In this document: positions 1 to 16,288 of the stretch, piece by piece | How the letters are laid out: every line of letters starts with the position of its first letter | How positions within the stretch are numbered: the first letter of the stretch is position 1 | Assembly (NCBI GenBank): GCA_964016885.1 | Contig: OZ024742.1 | Span: 267,592,001-267,656,000, forward strand | Reading direction: 5' to 3' | Length of the DNA stretch: 64,000 nt | DNA from: Eledone cirrhosa | Lineage: Eukaryota | Notes under the pieces: model-generated | Seen by the model: only the letters and a program-made list of their open reading frames with translations | What the model was told of the DNA's origin: nothing | Databases searched by the model: none | Made by a program: the position numbers and the translations under genes

Positions 1-270
1 TGTATGTAGCCAAGTGAATTTTGGTTGCTCAGGTTTATTGCCGTATAGTGTGTTCAAGTTGTATCTTTCTGTTGAATTTGCTTTTATTGTTGTGGGTGTG
101 GATTTGGTTGGGTTCGGGATGTTTTTAGAGTCTGTGGTGTTTGCTGTGGTGTTAATGGTGTTGGTTGCTGGTGTTGAGGGTAGTGGTAGTGGTGGAGGTG
201 GAACTGGTGATGGTGGTACTGGTGACGTTGATGTAGGGGCTGGTAATAGTTGTCTTAAGGCTGCAGCTGT
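1..270 (-). mobile_element. Pro/Thr-rich LINE ORF1-like fragment, second copy of the segment at ~920-1020
   Basis: Minus frame reads AAALRQLLPAPTST..., matching AKALRQLLPTPTP at ~960-1020; DNA 'tggtaatagttgtcttaaggct' vs 'tggtaatagttgtctcaaggct'. Confidence 0.4.
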
Positions 271-915
271 TTTGACCACCAGGGAAAATGCTCTCTCCCA
301 GCTTTCCCCCTCCAATCTACATGCGCATACTCAGAGCAGGCCCATTCTCTCGGGCCATGCTTACCTCTCTCACCCATCCTTTAGCAAATTGATGGGAAGG
401 AGCATTTCCCTCTGCACCCTTATTTTCCTTTTCAAATGAAATTAGAAAAAAGTTAATTAGGGCATCGCCGAAGAGGTAAGTGCTTGCCTTCAGCCCTATC
501 AAACGCGTCAACCACACGACCCCTTACGCCATGGCCAGCAGGCAGATAAAAACTGCCTGTCCTTCCCGGCTAAAGGAAGGTACGGTGGCTATGCCAACGA
601 TGGACTCAGCTGACAGCCGTATCCGTCCTACATGTGACAGTAAGTGTTCGACATAGATCCACAAGTCAGCAATGCTCGGAAACTGGACGAGTGCGTGAAG
701 GAGTGTTTCGTCACCCTGCGAATATCCCGGAGAGGTCCGGCACTTCCTTGCCCATGGAGTTTATCCCAAACTGCCAAAGTTGCCCGGTAACACTGCCAGG
801 ACAGTTATTTCTGGAAGTTATCCATGGACCCCAGCCTGTAAGTTCTCGCGAAGATATTCGCTAGTTGATTTTCGACACGCCCAGACTTTTTCAAAGGACG
901 TCGTTGATATTTCTC
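271..915 (-). mobile_element. L1/Tx1-like LINE ORF2 3' fragment (degenerate)
   Basis: Colinear with 4740-5300 (e.g. cttcagccctatcaaacgcgtcaaccacacga vs cttcagccctttcaaacgcgtccaccacacga); shares the MDNFQK motif with the copies at ~5219 and ~12671. Confidence 0.75.
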
Positions 916-1606
916 TCCACTATGATTTTGCGGTGTCTTTTGTGATGTTAATGGTGGTAGTTGTGGTGGAAGTGGTGATAGTGGTGTAGGTGTTGGTAAT
1001 AGTTGTCTCAAGGCTTTAGCTCTATTTTCTTCTTTGTTAGAGGCTGAAATCAGAGAGTCTTTTTCTCTTTTTCTTGTGAAAGACGGTTTTCCACTCGTTA
1101 CTTTCGTCAGAATTTGTATCCGATTGTGTGAAGTCTGGTATGGGTATGTTTTCCACGCACATGGATGTTGATGTTGGTGGTGTTGCTGCAGCTTCAATCT
1201 CTGTCGTGTTTCCTTCTCTTGCTGTGTGTTGCTGCAGGTTGGGTGTTGGTAATATTGCAAATTTACGTTCTTTTATTCCTTGCTTGGGGCAGAAAGCCCT
1301 TAGATGAATGTTTGCACCGCAGATATGACATCGAGGCCGCCTTCCTGCCACAGCTATGAACAGTTGTGTGCCATTTTGCGGCTTGATGATATCAGGAATC
1401 TTAGCTTTTCCTGATTCATTTGGAACAGAAGCTCCATTCCAGAACCTCTCCAGCTCACCTGGGATGATGTTTGAATTTGGAGGACATTTTCAAAATCCTC
1501 TTCTTCCTCCAGTATCTGCTACAAGAGAGGATATTTTTATTTCGGGCGGAACATTTTACATTGTAATCTGTGTTACATATTTGTTCATATATGTCGGGAT
1601 CAGCAG
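916..1606 (-). mobile_element. Gag-like LINE ORF1 fragment with CCHC zinc knuckle
   Basis: ORF 1037..1351 contains CHICGANIHLRAFC (CX2CX4HX4C), followed by a low-complexity region and a basic patch WKTVFHKKKRKR, as in L1/Tx1 ORF1. Confidence 0.65.
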
Positions 1607-2368
1607 GATCCCGACATATATGAACAATTCTTATTCTTTAAAGGTTTAGCAGTGTGTGCCTTCGCTTAGATTTTCGACCATCACTTTGCCACCATCACTT
1701 CTATCCTGCCACACTCCCTTCCTCTCGAGACAAAGGATCCTTTTCATATCTCACTTATTATATGTTGCGCTTCCTGCATAGAGGGTCGCCTCCGGCGTAT
1801 TATATGGAGATCTACACATTTATAGATACTTATACATTTCTGCTAGTTTTACTTTTATACCGTTTTTTAAATAAGAAACTTCGCTTCTCTGAAGGTAGTT
1901 AACTCCACCCCTTTGCTTGCGGCTGTCTTTGCGGCGACACTGTATTTACTTTTTCTTTGGTATCAATGTTGTTTTTGCTGTTGTTTTTATCGCCAATATT
2001 GTCGTTGGCGGCAGTGTTGGTGGTGGTGATGTAGGTGCTGGACAGAGTAGGAAACTCTAGCTATGTTTTGGTTATTGTTGTTGACGTCTTTGTTGTTGTT
2101 GCTCTTTTTGTCGTTGGGAGTACAGTTGTCAACAGCTTTATTGAGGGCTTCTAAAACTGCTGCGTCATGCCCTTTAGTCTTTTCAGCAGATAAAGTAGAA
2201 ACAAAATTTAAATGACTTACCATCGGCAAAGATAACGTCGCATTATCCTTCGTGCTAATTTATAAATAATAATAAGTGTTTCTAATTTTCGCACAAGCCC
2301 AGCAATTATCCCCGAGGTAATTATCAATATGCAGAAATGTATAATTATCTATAAATGTGTAGATCTCC

Positions 2369-4480
2369 TGATAACAAATGTGTGATCACCTGATAACAAA
2401 TGATCTATTTACTAATGAGAAGAAAGGGTGTAAACGAGGCTCGTATGGCTGTAAGGGTCAGCTTTTGGTTAACAAAATGATATTGGAAGATTGTCATAAG
2501 AGTCACAAAACTCTATCAATTGCTTCCATAGATTACAAAAATGCATTCGATAGTTTGTCACACAGTTGGATTGAAAAGTGTTTAGAGATTTTCAAAATAT
2601 CTCCCATTGTCAGGAGGTTCCTGTCATTAAGTATGAAGACATGGAAAACGACACTCCTTTTGAATAGTGAAAAAAAATCACTGGAAGCTGGAGAAGTTAA
2701 TATTAATTGTGGAATTTTTCAGGGTCATTCTTTATCACCGCTTTTATTCTGCATCGCAATTATACCATTAAGTAAAATGCTCAATGAAGCAAAACATGGA
2801 TATAAAGTCTATGACAAAACCATTAATCACTTGTTCTACATGTACGACCTGAAACTATTTTCAAAAATTGATGAGCAGTTCAGTGATGATATTAAAATGG
2901 AGTTTGGACTAGATAAATGCGCCAAAGCCACGTTCACTAAAGGAAAGCTGCTGAGAAGTTCAGACATTAATCTTGATCGGGGGAATGTGATAAGAGAACT
3001 TGATCACGAGGAATCTTACAAATATCAAGTGTTTGTGAAGGACACGGAATCAACCACACAACAATGAGGGAAATGATCAGGAAGGAATGTTACCGCAGAG
3101 TAAGAGCAATCTTAAGCACGGAGTTGAATGTAAGGAATAGGATCGATGCCATAAACACGCTTGCCATATCAGTAGTAACCTACAGTTTCAATGTCATCAA
3201 CTGGTCAAGCACAGAAATCCGTAGGCTCGATACAAAAATTCGAAAATTCTTAACCATGCACGAAATGAATCACCCTACGGCAGATACAGATATAATATAT
3301 CTCTCTAGGAAAGAAGGAGGATGTGATTAATCCAGTTAGATATTGCTTTGAAAACTGCGACAATTGGATTTTCTACATATCTAAGGGAAGCACCTGATTG
3401 GATGATCAAACTCGTTTTGAAACATGAAAGCATCAAAAGATCATACTCCATTACAAAGATGTACAAAGATACAGTAATGAACTACACATTTCAAGAGTTC
3501 CATTTACTGCTGAAATGAAAGACACAGAAAAGCAAAGCAGGTAAAAGTAACTGCAAAGAAAGAACTGCTACAGAAATGGCAAGAAAATCCTCTGTATGGA
3601 AAATACCCAGAAAGCGCTAAAAATCCTGATGTTGACAAAACTTTAACCCATCAGTGGTTGGCATCCTCTGGACTGAAATCAGTGACTGAAAGACTGATTA
3701 TATCAGCACAAGATCAGTGTCTGCCAACAAAATATTATGAAGCCAACATAATGAAAAATGGATGCAACCCATTATGCCGTGTATGTAAAAAACAACCAGA
3801 GACCATTGACCATATAATTTCAATGTGCAGTCCTATAGCGCCAACTGAATACCTAAACTGGCACCAAAGAGCTGCACAATGCCTACATTGGGTAACGGGT
3901 AAGCATGTTAGCCTGCTCCATCAAAAGAATTAGTGAGAGCATCAACCACCTCCCGTACTTGAAAAATATCACATTTCAATCTTGTGGAACTTTAGCATCC
4001 AAACAGACGGAAAAATAGATGCAAATAGACCTGATATAATACTGAAGGACTTTAAAAAGAGGGTATGCCTGCTAATTGATATGTCCGTTCCAATAGACAA
4101 GAATGTATCTATAAAAAACATTTGAAAAATTGAGCAATTATAAAGACCTGGAGATAGAGTTTGGAAAAATGGTTGTAGGCGCTCTAGGAATGATACCTAA
4201 GGGGTCTAATGATTACTTATCCCAAATCACAGGAAACCCGCGTATAGAAAAAATAAAAAAGATAATACTAATGGGAACTGCCCATATACTAAGGAAGATT
4301 CTGTCAATATAAATACATCACAAGTCTAAACACCTAAAGATACATGCAAGTGTGTATGTGTTCTTTCTTGAACATGGCGGACCTTGTTGTCTCTTGTGAT
4401 CACTGGTTGTGACTTTTGATAACTCGTATGAACATAAAGCAAGATAAATGAAATAACAATAATAATAAAAATAATAATAT
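2369..4480 (+). mobile_element. 5'-truncated R4/Dong-like non-LTR retrotransposon (RT, CCHC, restriction-like endonuclease), frameshifted
   Basis: RT motifs IDYKNAFDSLSHSW, GIFQGHSLSPLLF, HLFYMYDLK (decayed YMDD); CRVC..ETIDHIISMC; RPDII..CLLIDMSVP..YKDL; ends in an (AAT)n tail at ~4452-4480. Confidence 0.85.
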
Positions 4481-6960
4481 TTTCTTTATTAACACAAAGT
4501 ATAACATTAATGACAGCACAGGACGGTACAAATGAGCATTTCTTCGTGTAAAGAAAAAACAAAGGAAATTACAAAAAAAAGAAACAAAGGAAAATTCCCC
4601 AATATGGGGGAGACTCTGGGTGACACTCGTGGAGAAAGCCCATTAAAAATCCACGGCGAAGGCGACCTTGACCACAAGGACAAGTGCCCTCTCCGAGTTT
4701 TCCACCTTCTAAATTAGGCGCATACTCAGAGGAGGCCCATTCACTCGGGCCATGCTTGCCTCTAACACCCACCTTTCAACAAATTGCTGGTAAGAGAGCA
4801 ATTCTCCCTCCATCCTGATTCTCCTTTTCAAAGGAAATTAGAAAAAATTAATCAGGGCATCACCAAAGAGGTAAGTGCTCGTCTTCAGCCCTTTCAAACG
4901 CGTCCACCACACGATCTCTTTCGGCACGGCCACCAGGCAGATAAAACTGCTTGCCGTTCCTGGCTAAAGAAAGACAGTAGGCCAATCCTCACGGTGACTC
5001 AGCTGACAGCCCGATCCGTCAGCAGGTGTTCGACATAAACCCACAAGTCAGCAATGCTTGGACATTGGACGAGTGCGTGTAAGACGATTTCGTCGTCCTG
5101 CGTGCATCTCGGAGATGCCAGGCTGACGGCACTTCCATGCCTGTAGAGTTTATCCCAAACTGGCTAAGCTCCTCGGTAGCACTGCCAGGCCAGGCCAGGA
5201 ATTTCTGGAAGTTGTCCATGGACCCCGGCCAGTAATTCTCCCGAAGAGATTGGCTAGTTGATTTTCGTTGACGCCCAGAGTCTCCTCAAGAACGTCGTCG
5301 CTCTATCCATCCACTAAACCTCTATAGAACGCCAAGGTGGAGTTTCCACCGATCGCATTGCCCGGTTGGTCGAGGGCTGCAAGCGCCTGAAGACATTCCA
5401 GTCTCCAAGCGCTCCGTCTCGGTCTTCGCTTGAACCAGGATTGCAGCTCCACCAAGAAGACCAGCTTGGGAAATACGCGTCTATCAAACGGTGACCACAC
5501 CTGACCTTTGCGCATCATCAGCCACATGCCCAGCCGTCCACGTAGCGGGTGTTGACAGCAAACGAACCGCCTGACCATCGGAGCGCGTCCCTTCCACAAA
5601 AAACGACAGAGCAAATGCTTCAATGCAGTCAGGCGAGGCTTAGTACAAGACATGACAGTCAGGCGGTAGTAGATGACGGACATGATCTACGCGTTCACCA
5701 CCCCCGCTCGACCTTTCAGTGATAGCTTCCTCTCAGAGAATTTCTGGATGAGAGAGACCACTCTGCTCGTTACCTCGTCCTAGTTTTTTGTCCATCTGGA
5801 GGTCCGAACCGAAACAGAACCCTAGATATTTAACAGGTCCGTCCGTCCAGAGACAGATAACGCTGTTGGACGACATAGACTTGCCTCTCCAGGGGCCGAG
5901 CTGCAGACAAAGCGACTATTCCTGGTTAATCATCATTGCTCCTGTAACCGCCTCGTATTCTTTTAGTGTATTGCCGATCACCTCATATCTTTGGCATTCC
6001 ACACCACTACGGTGACGTCATCGACATATGGTGACATTGTTCTCCCGCATCATAGTTCGCACGGGACCCCACTCAACGTCTCCAGTTTGCGTAGTAATGG
6101 CTCGTGAGTCAATACGTACAACAGGGGCGAGAGGGGATATCCTTGGCTGACCGAGCGCAGGATGTTGAACGGTTCCGAAAGATGACCGTTGACTCTCACC
6201 ACAGAGCAGATGTCGCTTCGTATGGCAGCGATCTAGCCTCTGAACATGGGACCAAAGCCTGATAACGATGGTCGACCTTATCGAAAGCCTTTCGATTGAT
6301 CTAAATTGATCAAGGCCTCTCCCGTACTAGGTTCGTTAGCTACGCTCTACACGATGTATCACATTAGGTGGAGGTTGTTGTCGTTGGATGCGACTAGAAT
6401 GGCGCATGTCTGCGCCTCTCCCACCAGACCATCGACGACAAGCACCAACCTCTTTGCTAGCATCTTGAATTCTGTGTTTAGTAATGTTATGGGCCTGAAA
6501 TTATATATCTTGTCCCCCTTGTTCGGGTCCTTTCTCAGCAGCGCTACTGCTCCTCGACCCACAAAGCTAGGAATTCTCCTGTTCTGCTGCCAGTTGCAGT
6601 ACACGTTCGCCAAAATGTTGCCGAGCAAATCTAGCATGTGTATGTAAGGCTGGTAGGGCAGACCATCCAAACCAAGCGATTTACCCATCGTGCAGTCAGT
6701 CATTGCTACTCGTATTTCAGCGGATGTTATCGGTCTTTCGCAACGCGCCGCCTTAATGGCAGAGAGCAGCGGCAGTCAGTCGGGTAGGCACTAAATTCCA
6801 TCCTGCGATCCGATCCACCGCTTCCCCGGGACAGCTGAGCGAAGTGCCGCTGAAAAGCCGCACACGTTTGCTGGGGTTCGAGTATCATGCGCCCGTCGTG
6901 GGTCTCCATCGTGGTTCTCGTGTGTTGCCACGACGGACCTCCGTCACTCAGGCCTTTCGA
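4481..6960 (-). mobile_element. 5'-truncated L1/Tx1-like LINE, degenerate ORF2
   Basis: GLDGLPY, KDPNKGDKIYNFRPITLLNTEFKMLAK, FLWKGR, MDNFQK; AATAAA on the minus strand near 4490; homologous to 11383-13435. Confidence 0.85.
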
Positions 6961-7459
6961 AAAGCTTTTGTCCTGTCTCTTTCTCTTCCCTTACTGCCAT
7001 CCTCTTTTTGCTCTCTCCCTTCTCTCTCCCTGTACCTCTTACATTCATTCACTCCCTTTGCTAGTCACGCTCTCTCGGTTAGCCTCTTCCTCACACTTCC
7101 AATCACTCACTCTTTGCTACTCACCCTCTCTCACTCCCACCCGTTTGACCTGTGTGAAATTCTTTTCTCGCTCACATTTCGCATGGCTAGGATGCGTCTT
7201 TCGTCTTTCTCATCAATGATCCGCCAGATCTTATGTTCACTTGTATCACTGACTTGATTTTTTACCCTTTACGTTGCCTTACCATTCTTGTTTGTTTACA
7301 TGTCTCTCTTTCTCCACGCAATTATTTTTATCCCAATAATTTTATTTAGTTATTGCTGGGGCTGGCCTGAGGTATATGATCTTTAATGCGAAGAAATACC
7401 TATGATGGCCAGAAGCTCACTGATGATGGATAGCCCTGGCTTCTTACTTTATTTTTTAA

Positions 7460-8232
<773 letters not shown>

Positions 8233-8399
8233 GTGACTGTGTGTGTGGGTGTTTCTGTGTGTATGCGTGTGTGTGAATGTGTATTCTCCCAAAGAATTTG
8301 GTAATATATATATATATATACCAACATAATTATGTACCTGCGCATACACACACTAATATGTATGTGTATGTGTAACTATTGTGTATCTCATGTCTGTTG

Positions 8400-8735
8400 C
8401 GCTATGTGCCGTATGACGAATTCAATAAACCCCGTGCAATGGAAGAGTTTCAAAAATATTCTTTATGTAATAGTAAGTTCCCTTTATAGTCGAATGATAC
8501 GTTAGGAAGATGAAGATTTGTTGCCCGTTTCCTTCGTCACATTTGACAGATCGTAAACTTCCGATTGGTGTCGCTCTGGAGCGGAATTATCTGATTTGCA
8601 TGCTCTGTTATAATTAAAGAGGAATGCTGTATTCTCATCTGGCATTTGGATATTAATTCCAATTTCCTGTTTAAAACATCCGTTGTTACAGCTTGCTATT
8701 GGAATTCTCCGTCACCACAAACACTAGAAAATTGT
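8400..8735 (-). mobile_element. Old, decayed PLE 3' end (possible)
   Basis: Minus strand gives DVLNRKLELISKC, resembling the LN.R..L.S.CRH C-terminus of the GIY-YIG PLE proteins at 22391 and 49468; stops and frameshifts present. Confidence 0.35.
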
Positions 8736-8855
8736 TCCGTTAATACACACACAGATACACACATACATACACACACAGCCACATAGACATACACGAAGGC
8801 ATGTACACACAGACGCACCCAGACACACTTGCACACACATACATACATATATGTG

Positions 8856-8908
<53 letters not shown>

Positions 8909-9226
8909 ATATTAATACTTCCCTATTTTATTGTGAATGAAACAAATACACCTGCACACAAGATTTTGTCTTTCCTGCGTCATCTCTTTCTTTCACATTA
9001 CTTTTAACATTCCTGCAAACATTTGATATGTACTATAGAGGTTATATTTATGATCCGTTCTTCCCTTTTGTTTGATTATCATACATATAAACGCATATGA
9101 CCAATTAATATATATATATGTATATATAATATCCAAGCTTCTGCTGACACGGCGAGACTGAAGTCGGGACACTGAAGTAAAATTAGGTAATTTCTTATCT
9201 TCTTTGCTGTTCTAAATTATAAGTTC

Positions 9227-9322
<96 letters not shown>

Positions 9323-9409
9323 CAAGGATCGGAATTAGAGTATTCCGCAGTTCACAGTAATAATAATATTAACTCAAAGAAGAACAGAGAATGTTCAACT
9401 GAGCTCAAA

Positions 9410-9676
9410 TACAAATATATTACACAGAGAGAAGTGTGTTACACAGTGAGATGTGTATAAAGAATTATTACATGTGAGTTTAACCGTTACTATATGGAAA
9501 ATAACACCTACAGGTTGGCAATTAAATAGAAAGAACACTAAGTCAGAATCACATCTCCGAAGTAGAGTTTTAAATTACCAACCTTATAACTATAAGCTAG
9601 CTGATACGAATCTATTTCGTTATAATTCTTTACACACATTTCACTGTGTAACACACTTCTCTCTGTGTAATATATT

Positions 9677-9680
<4 letters not shown>
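9410..9680. repeat. Inverted repeat with ~59-bp arms between (TA)n arrays
   Basis: 9410-9468 tacaaatatattacacagagagaagtgtgttacacagtgagatgtg... is the reverse complement of 9623-9680, with about 2 mismatches. Confidence 0.8.
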
Positions 9681-9766
<86 letters not shown>

Positions 9767-9802
9767 AGTGTGTGTGTGCGTGTGTAAAATTATATACATA
9801 TA

Positions 9803-10552
9803 TCAAATTATAAATTCGAGGAAATAATAGACAAAAATATACCAATATTACTTCAATGACCCGACTGCAGTTTCGTTTATTGTTTTGCAGCAGTCTTGCA
9901 CAAGAAAAGTGCACCATCGCTGTGAGGGATTATAAAGAGACCCCTCAGTTTGGTGGTCTGTTCCCTGACCCGGCCGTTAAAAGTGAATATTTCTCGGGAA
10001 GGAGGAATTATTATATGATACAGCGGTTACAGAAGCGAGGTGAAGGCAGGACAGTTAGCGAGTACCATACTTGCTAAAAAAAAGTAGTTAGCACCCGCTT
10101 GTTTAATTCTACCATAAGTGAGTTTGGGACAAAATCATAATGAGATACACTTACAGAAAGAGTTGAGATAATTTTCAAATTATAAATGCGAGGAAATAAT
10201 AGACAAAATATACCTATTTTTCTTCCAAGTCTTGACTGCAGTTTCGCATATTGTCTTGTTCAATCCTGCACAAGAAAAGTGCATCATCGCTGTTAGGCTA
10301 TAATGCTTATCAAGAGACCCCACCTCAGTTTAGTGGACTGATTCTTGACCAGATCGTTACAAGAGTATATTTCTGGGGAGGGAGGCATTATCACGTGGTA
10401 AGGCAGTCCCAGAATGGAGGTGAAGGAACCACAAAGACATATACCTATCTATCTGTGCGTGCATCTCATTACTATTTTGTCCCAAATTTCCTTATGTTAG
10501 AGTTAAACAGGCGAGTGCAACATTTTTTTATAGCAAATATGATACTCGCTAA
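9803..10552. repeat. Diverged ~250-bp direct duplication combined with a ~100-bp inverted pair
   Basis: tcaaattataaat.cgaggaaataatagacaaaa at ~9802 and ~10175; 10058-10160 is the inverted counterpart of 10448-10552. Confidence 0.7.
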
Positions 10553-11382
10553 ATGCCCAGCCTTGAATTCGGCAGTTCAAGTGTTGATGTATGTGTGTGT
10601 TATTTTTAATAACATATTTGAAGATAGCAAAACTATATGGATGATTAAACCAATTATGATTTTCTACCTTAATTACTTTGGAGAGTGTGAGGGATACACT
10701 GTGTATACCAACTTCTCGCTTGTGTCTTGCTCTAATGGGTGTATGCCTTTTTTATACTCATATGTTCGATGATCGTAATTTTTCATATTTATCGGACTGG
10801 CTAATTTCAGAAGTTTAAGTGCACATCTTATTACAATCTTTAAATCAGGAAATTTTTGCTGTTTTCCATTGAATGTACTAGTCTAGAATATTTTTAAAGC
10901 CTACAAGCATATATGCCCATGTCATATTTTAAGTTAAGCTATCTATACTTATTTTTGACATAATAAACAGATAAGTAAATGAAAAAAAAATGTTTTTCAT
11001 CATTTCCTCCGAGTCGTATCTCAATTCGTCTGAAAAAGGGTGTTCAATCAAACGTCGTTGGAGAAATACTGTCTCAATTATATTTTGCTGAAACAAGACC
11101 TGTCTCAGCGCTAAATATGTATTTACACATTTTTTTTTTTTGTTTTTTTCATGAAAATTTTCTAATTCTTTAACACCTTTCGATATTTATCATGTTTCTA
11201 AATGTCACAACTCTAAATAACATAAAACATTGTTACCTATATATCGAGCAATTTCTGGCAATATATCCCGGATTATTAAGGCCTGATTGTGATCAGATCA
11301 ACTCGTATATGTGTAAATACTAGTAGTAATAATAATAATAATATTAATGACATATACATAAATCTATCTATCTATCTATCTA

Positions 11383-13536
<2,154 letters not shown>

Positions 13537-13607
13537 TGTGTGTATGTGTTTGTAGGTGTGTGTCTGTGTGCGTGCGTGTGTACGTGTGCGTGGATATGTA
13601 TATGTAC

Positions 13608-13669
<62 letters not shown>

Positions 13670-13673
13670 GTAC

Positions 13674-13705
<32 letters not shown>

Positions 13706-14225
13706 GTCTCCACAAACGCACACATGTACGTACATACACACTCAAGTATATATAGGTGTATATATATATATGTCTTTCAATTTATTTTACTTCCTTTTCT
13801 TTCTTCATTCCTGTTCTGTATTAATTGAAAATAACAGCAGGTGTTTGCCGTGTCTATCGATCTTTTGGCAAACCGAATCATGTTGACAGGAAGGGCTTGT
13901 TGAAATATAATAAGCCAAAAACACCATTCCAGTGTTGTTGTTAAATTGGTGTCTGTGAGTAAACATCGACTATTTACTCCTGTCCTCGACCATCAATATC
14001 ATTAATCACCACGTGATATTTGAACAGTTACCATGAAATAACACATCTTATATAACTTAGAAACCACTTCGCAAACAAAAATTTAATGGAAATTTTAATG
14101 AATTTCTGAAAGACTTCAACGATTGATACGTGTTGGCGTATGACACACCCCAAAATACACATACACATGTTTGCAATAAAACAGTATATGCATACACACA
14201 CACACACCCACACACACATATATAT

Positions 14226-14273
14226 AATAGCCGTCGAAACGGCTTGAGCTCTGCCGTCGGTGTCATACTCTTT

Positions 14274-14276
<3 letters not shown>
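14226..14276 (+). repeat. Short fragment of the U3A8-HHR pseudo-LTR family (3' half of the ribozyme)
   Basis: atagccgtcgaaacggcttgagctctgccgtcggtgtc matches 16526-16565 and 56387-56423. Confidence 0.75.
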
Positions 14277-14316
<40 letters not shown>

Positions 14317-14981
14317 TTAAATATATATATATATATACATATATACACTGTCATACACATGCACGTAGAAAAACACTCACACTCACGCGCACAAACACAC
14401 ACAGACGTGCACATTCACGTGCACACACACACACATACACGCATACGCACACACACACACACAAACAACGATTTGCGTCACTTAGGTGGGTTATTTAGAT
14501 GACTTTTTTAGAAATTTGAATTTCTTCTAATCGATACTAAATTCCCATTTTTTTTTATTGTAAAACTAACGATCAGATTTTCAGCGATTATTTAAGCTGC
14601 GCTGTTTTTCTGCTTATCAGTGTTAGTGTACATATTGCACAGAGAGTATAATGGGAGCCCAAATACTAGTATATATATTTTTTATTTCATTGGTTTGTAT
14701 GAGATAATTATCCGATCATCGCATGAAATATGTTATGCGAATTAATCATTTGTCTTGTAACATTTAATCAGACTAGTGTTCAGTTTACAGAAGAATGATG
14801 AAGCCTGTTATAAGTTGGTAGAAGTAACCCATTAATCAGTGTAATCTTATCCTGAGATCTACTATCTGAAAGTATAAATTTTCGTTTGACCCTCGAGCTG
14901 GAGTAAGAATTCATTGAACATCTCTTCGTACACGGAAAGCTTCCTCTTTCTCTCATTCTCTCTCTTTCTCCCCCCCCCCCC

Positions 14982-15018
<37 letters not shown>

Positions 15019-15026
15019 GGCGTGTG

Positions 15027-15084
<58 letters not shown>

Positions 15085-15896
15085 TACATGCACATATATG
15101 TGTGTAAACATACATATAGGCATATACTTTTATTTGTCCGTGTATTATAACGAATTCCCGACAACGCCTTGACTTGTTTAGTTATTTCAGTTCATTTCTG
15201 GTTGATAAGAGATCTAAACACTGATTTGCTTTAAGTTCTGTTTATTGACACAGAAGTAACTTTATTTACTTTCTAAAGAATATCAATATGCTATGTAACG
15301 TGTAAAGGTAATGATATATTTTTTCAAAAGATATGAAAAACAAAGTATTTGAAATTGTATATGCATTGACAGTGAAAACATTTATTTAAAAAAATGTAAA
15401 TACAAGTACATTAAATTTTTATAGATATTCTAATAGATGCAATGTTATGCATACGTCTATATTTAATTAACCACACAGCAATCGAACGCATAATGTACCC
15501 ATTAGAATTGTCATTTTAGCTATGCTCCGGTTTTCTATGAGTTTCCTTTGATATTTCCTGATGAAAAGACAATATTTCATGAATTATGTAAAGAACATCT
15601 TTATATTTTTCTGTGCACGTAGATAATACAAACTTATTTACATGTATATTCTTTTACTCTCTTTTTTCGGTTGGTTTCCTTTCTTTGACTGTGGTCTTGC
15701 TAGTGCGGGTAGCCAATATCGATCTATAAAATCTGAAATAACTGACGAGCAACAGACACATTCAAAATCTATCGATAACCTAATCCACCCTGCACTTCAA
15801 TCTTTCTTCATACATACATTAATACATAATCCATGATACAAATATATATATATATTGTTATATTTGGGGAGGGTCATATTGTTATAATATTGCCAG

Positions 15897-16288
15897 AAAT
15901 AATTGTTTCTACTTTTGGCACAAGGCCAGCAATTATTCCAGTACATTACTGGTACTTTATTTTATCGACCCAGTAAGGATGAAGGGCAAAGTTAACTTCG
16001 GTGAGATTTGAACTCTGACCATAAAGGGCCGTAACTCTTTGCTGCAAAGAAAGGTGTCCGACCCTCTACCGATGCTGCCAATTCACCGCCAGAAATAATA
16101 ATTGTTTCTACCTTTGGCACAAGGCCAGCAATTACCCAGTGTATTACTATTCCTATATTTTATCGACCCCGTAAGGATGAAAGGGACAGTTAACCTCGGC
16201 GGGATTTGAACTAAGAATGGCAAGGGCCGTAACTCTATGCGTCAAAGCATGGCGTCCGACCCTCTACCGATACTGCCAATCCAACGCC
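15897..16288 (-). mobile_element. Two tandem tRNA-derived SINEs with a Nin/Deu-like central domain
   Basis: Copies 15897-16090 and 16095-16288; minus strand shows A-box tggcag.atcggt, B-box agttcaaatc and cttcatcctta.ggggtcgataaaata; agaaataat is repeated at all three junctions. Confidence 0.8.

Noticed and set aside
14-439. Gly/Val-rich 141-aa ORF resembling a membrane protein
   Set aside because: Antisense shadow of the Pro/Thr-rich LINE ORF1 fragment.
14790-14870. Possible C/D snoRNA (ATGATGA...CTGA)
   Set aside because: No terminal stem and no recognisable guide.
15553-15600. CTGATGA motif (similar lone words at ~23300, ~35154, ~41199)
   Set aside because: No GAAA or stem architecture; expected by chance.
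15897-16288. tRNA genes suggested by A/B boxes (also 26635 and 42725)
   Set aside because: No cloverleaf; the boxes are followed by SINE body and tail.
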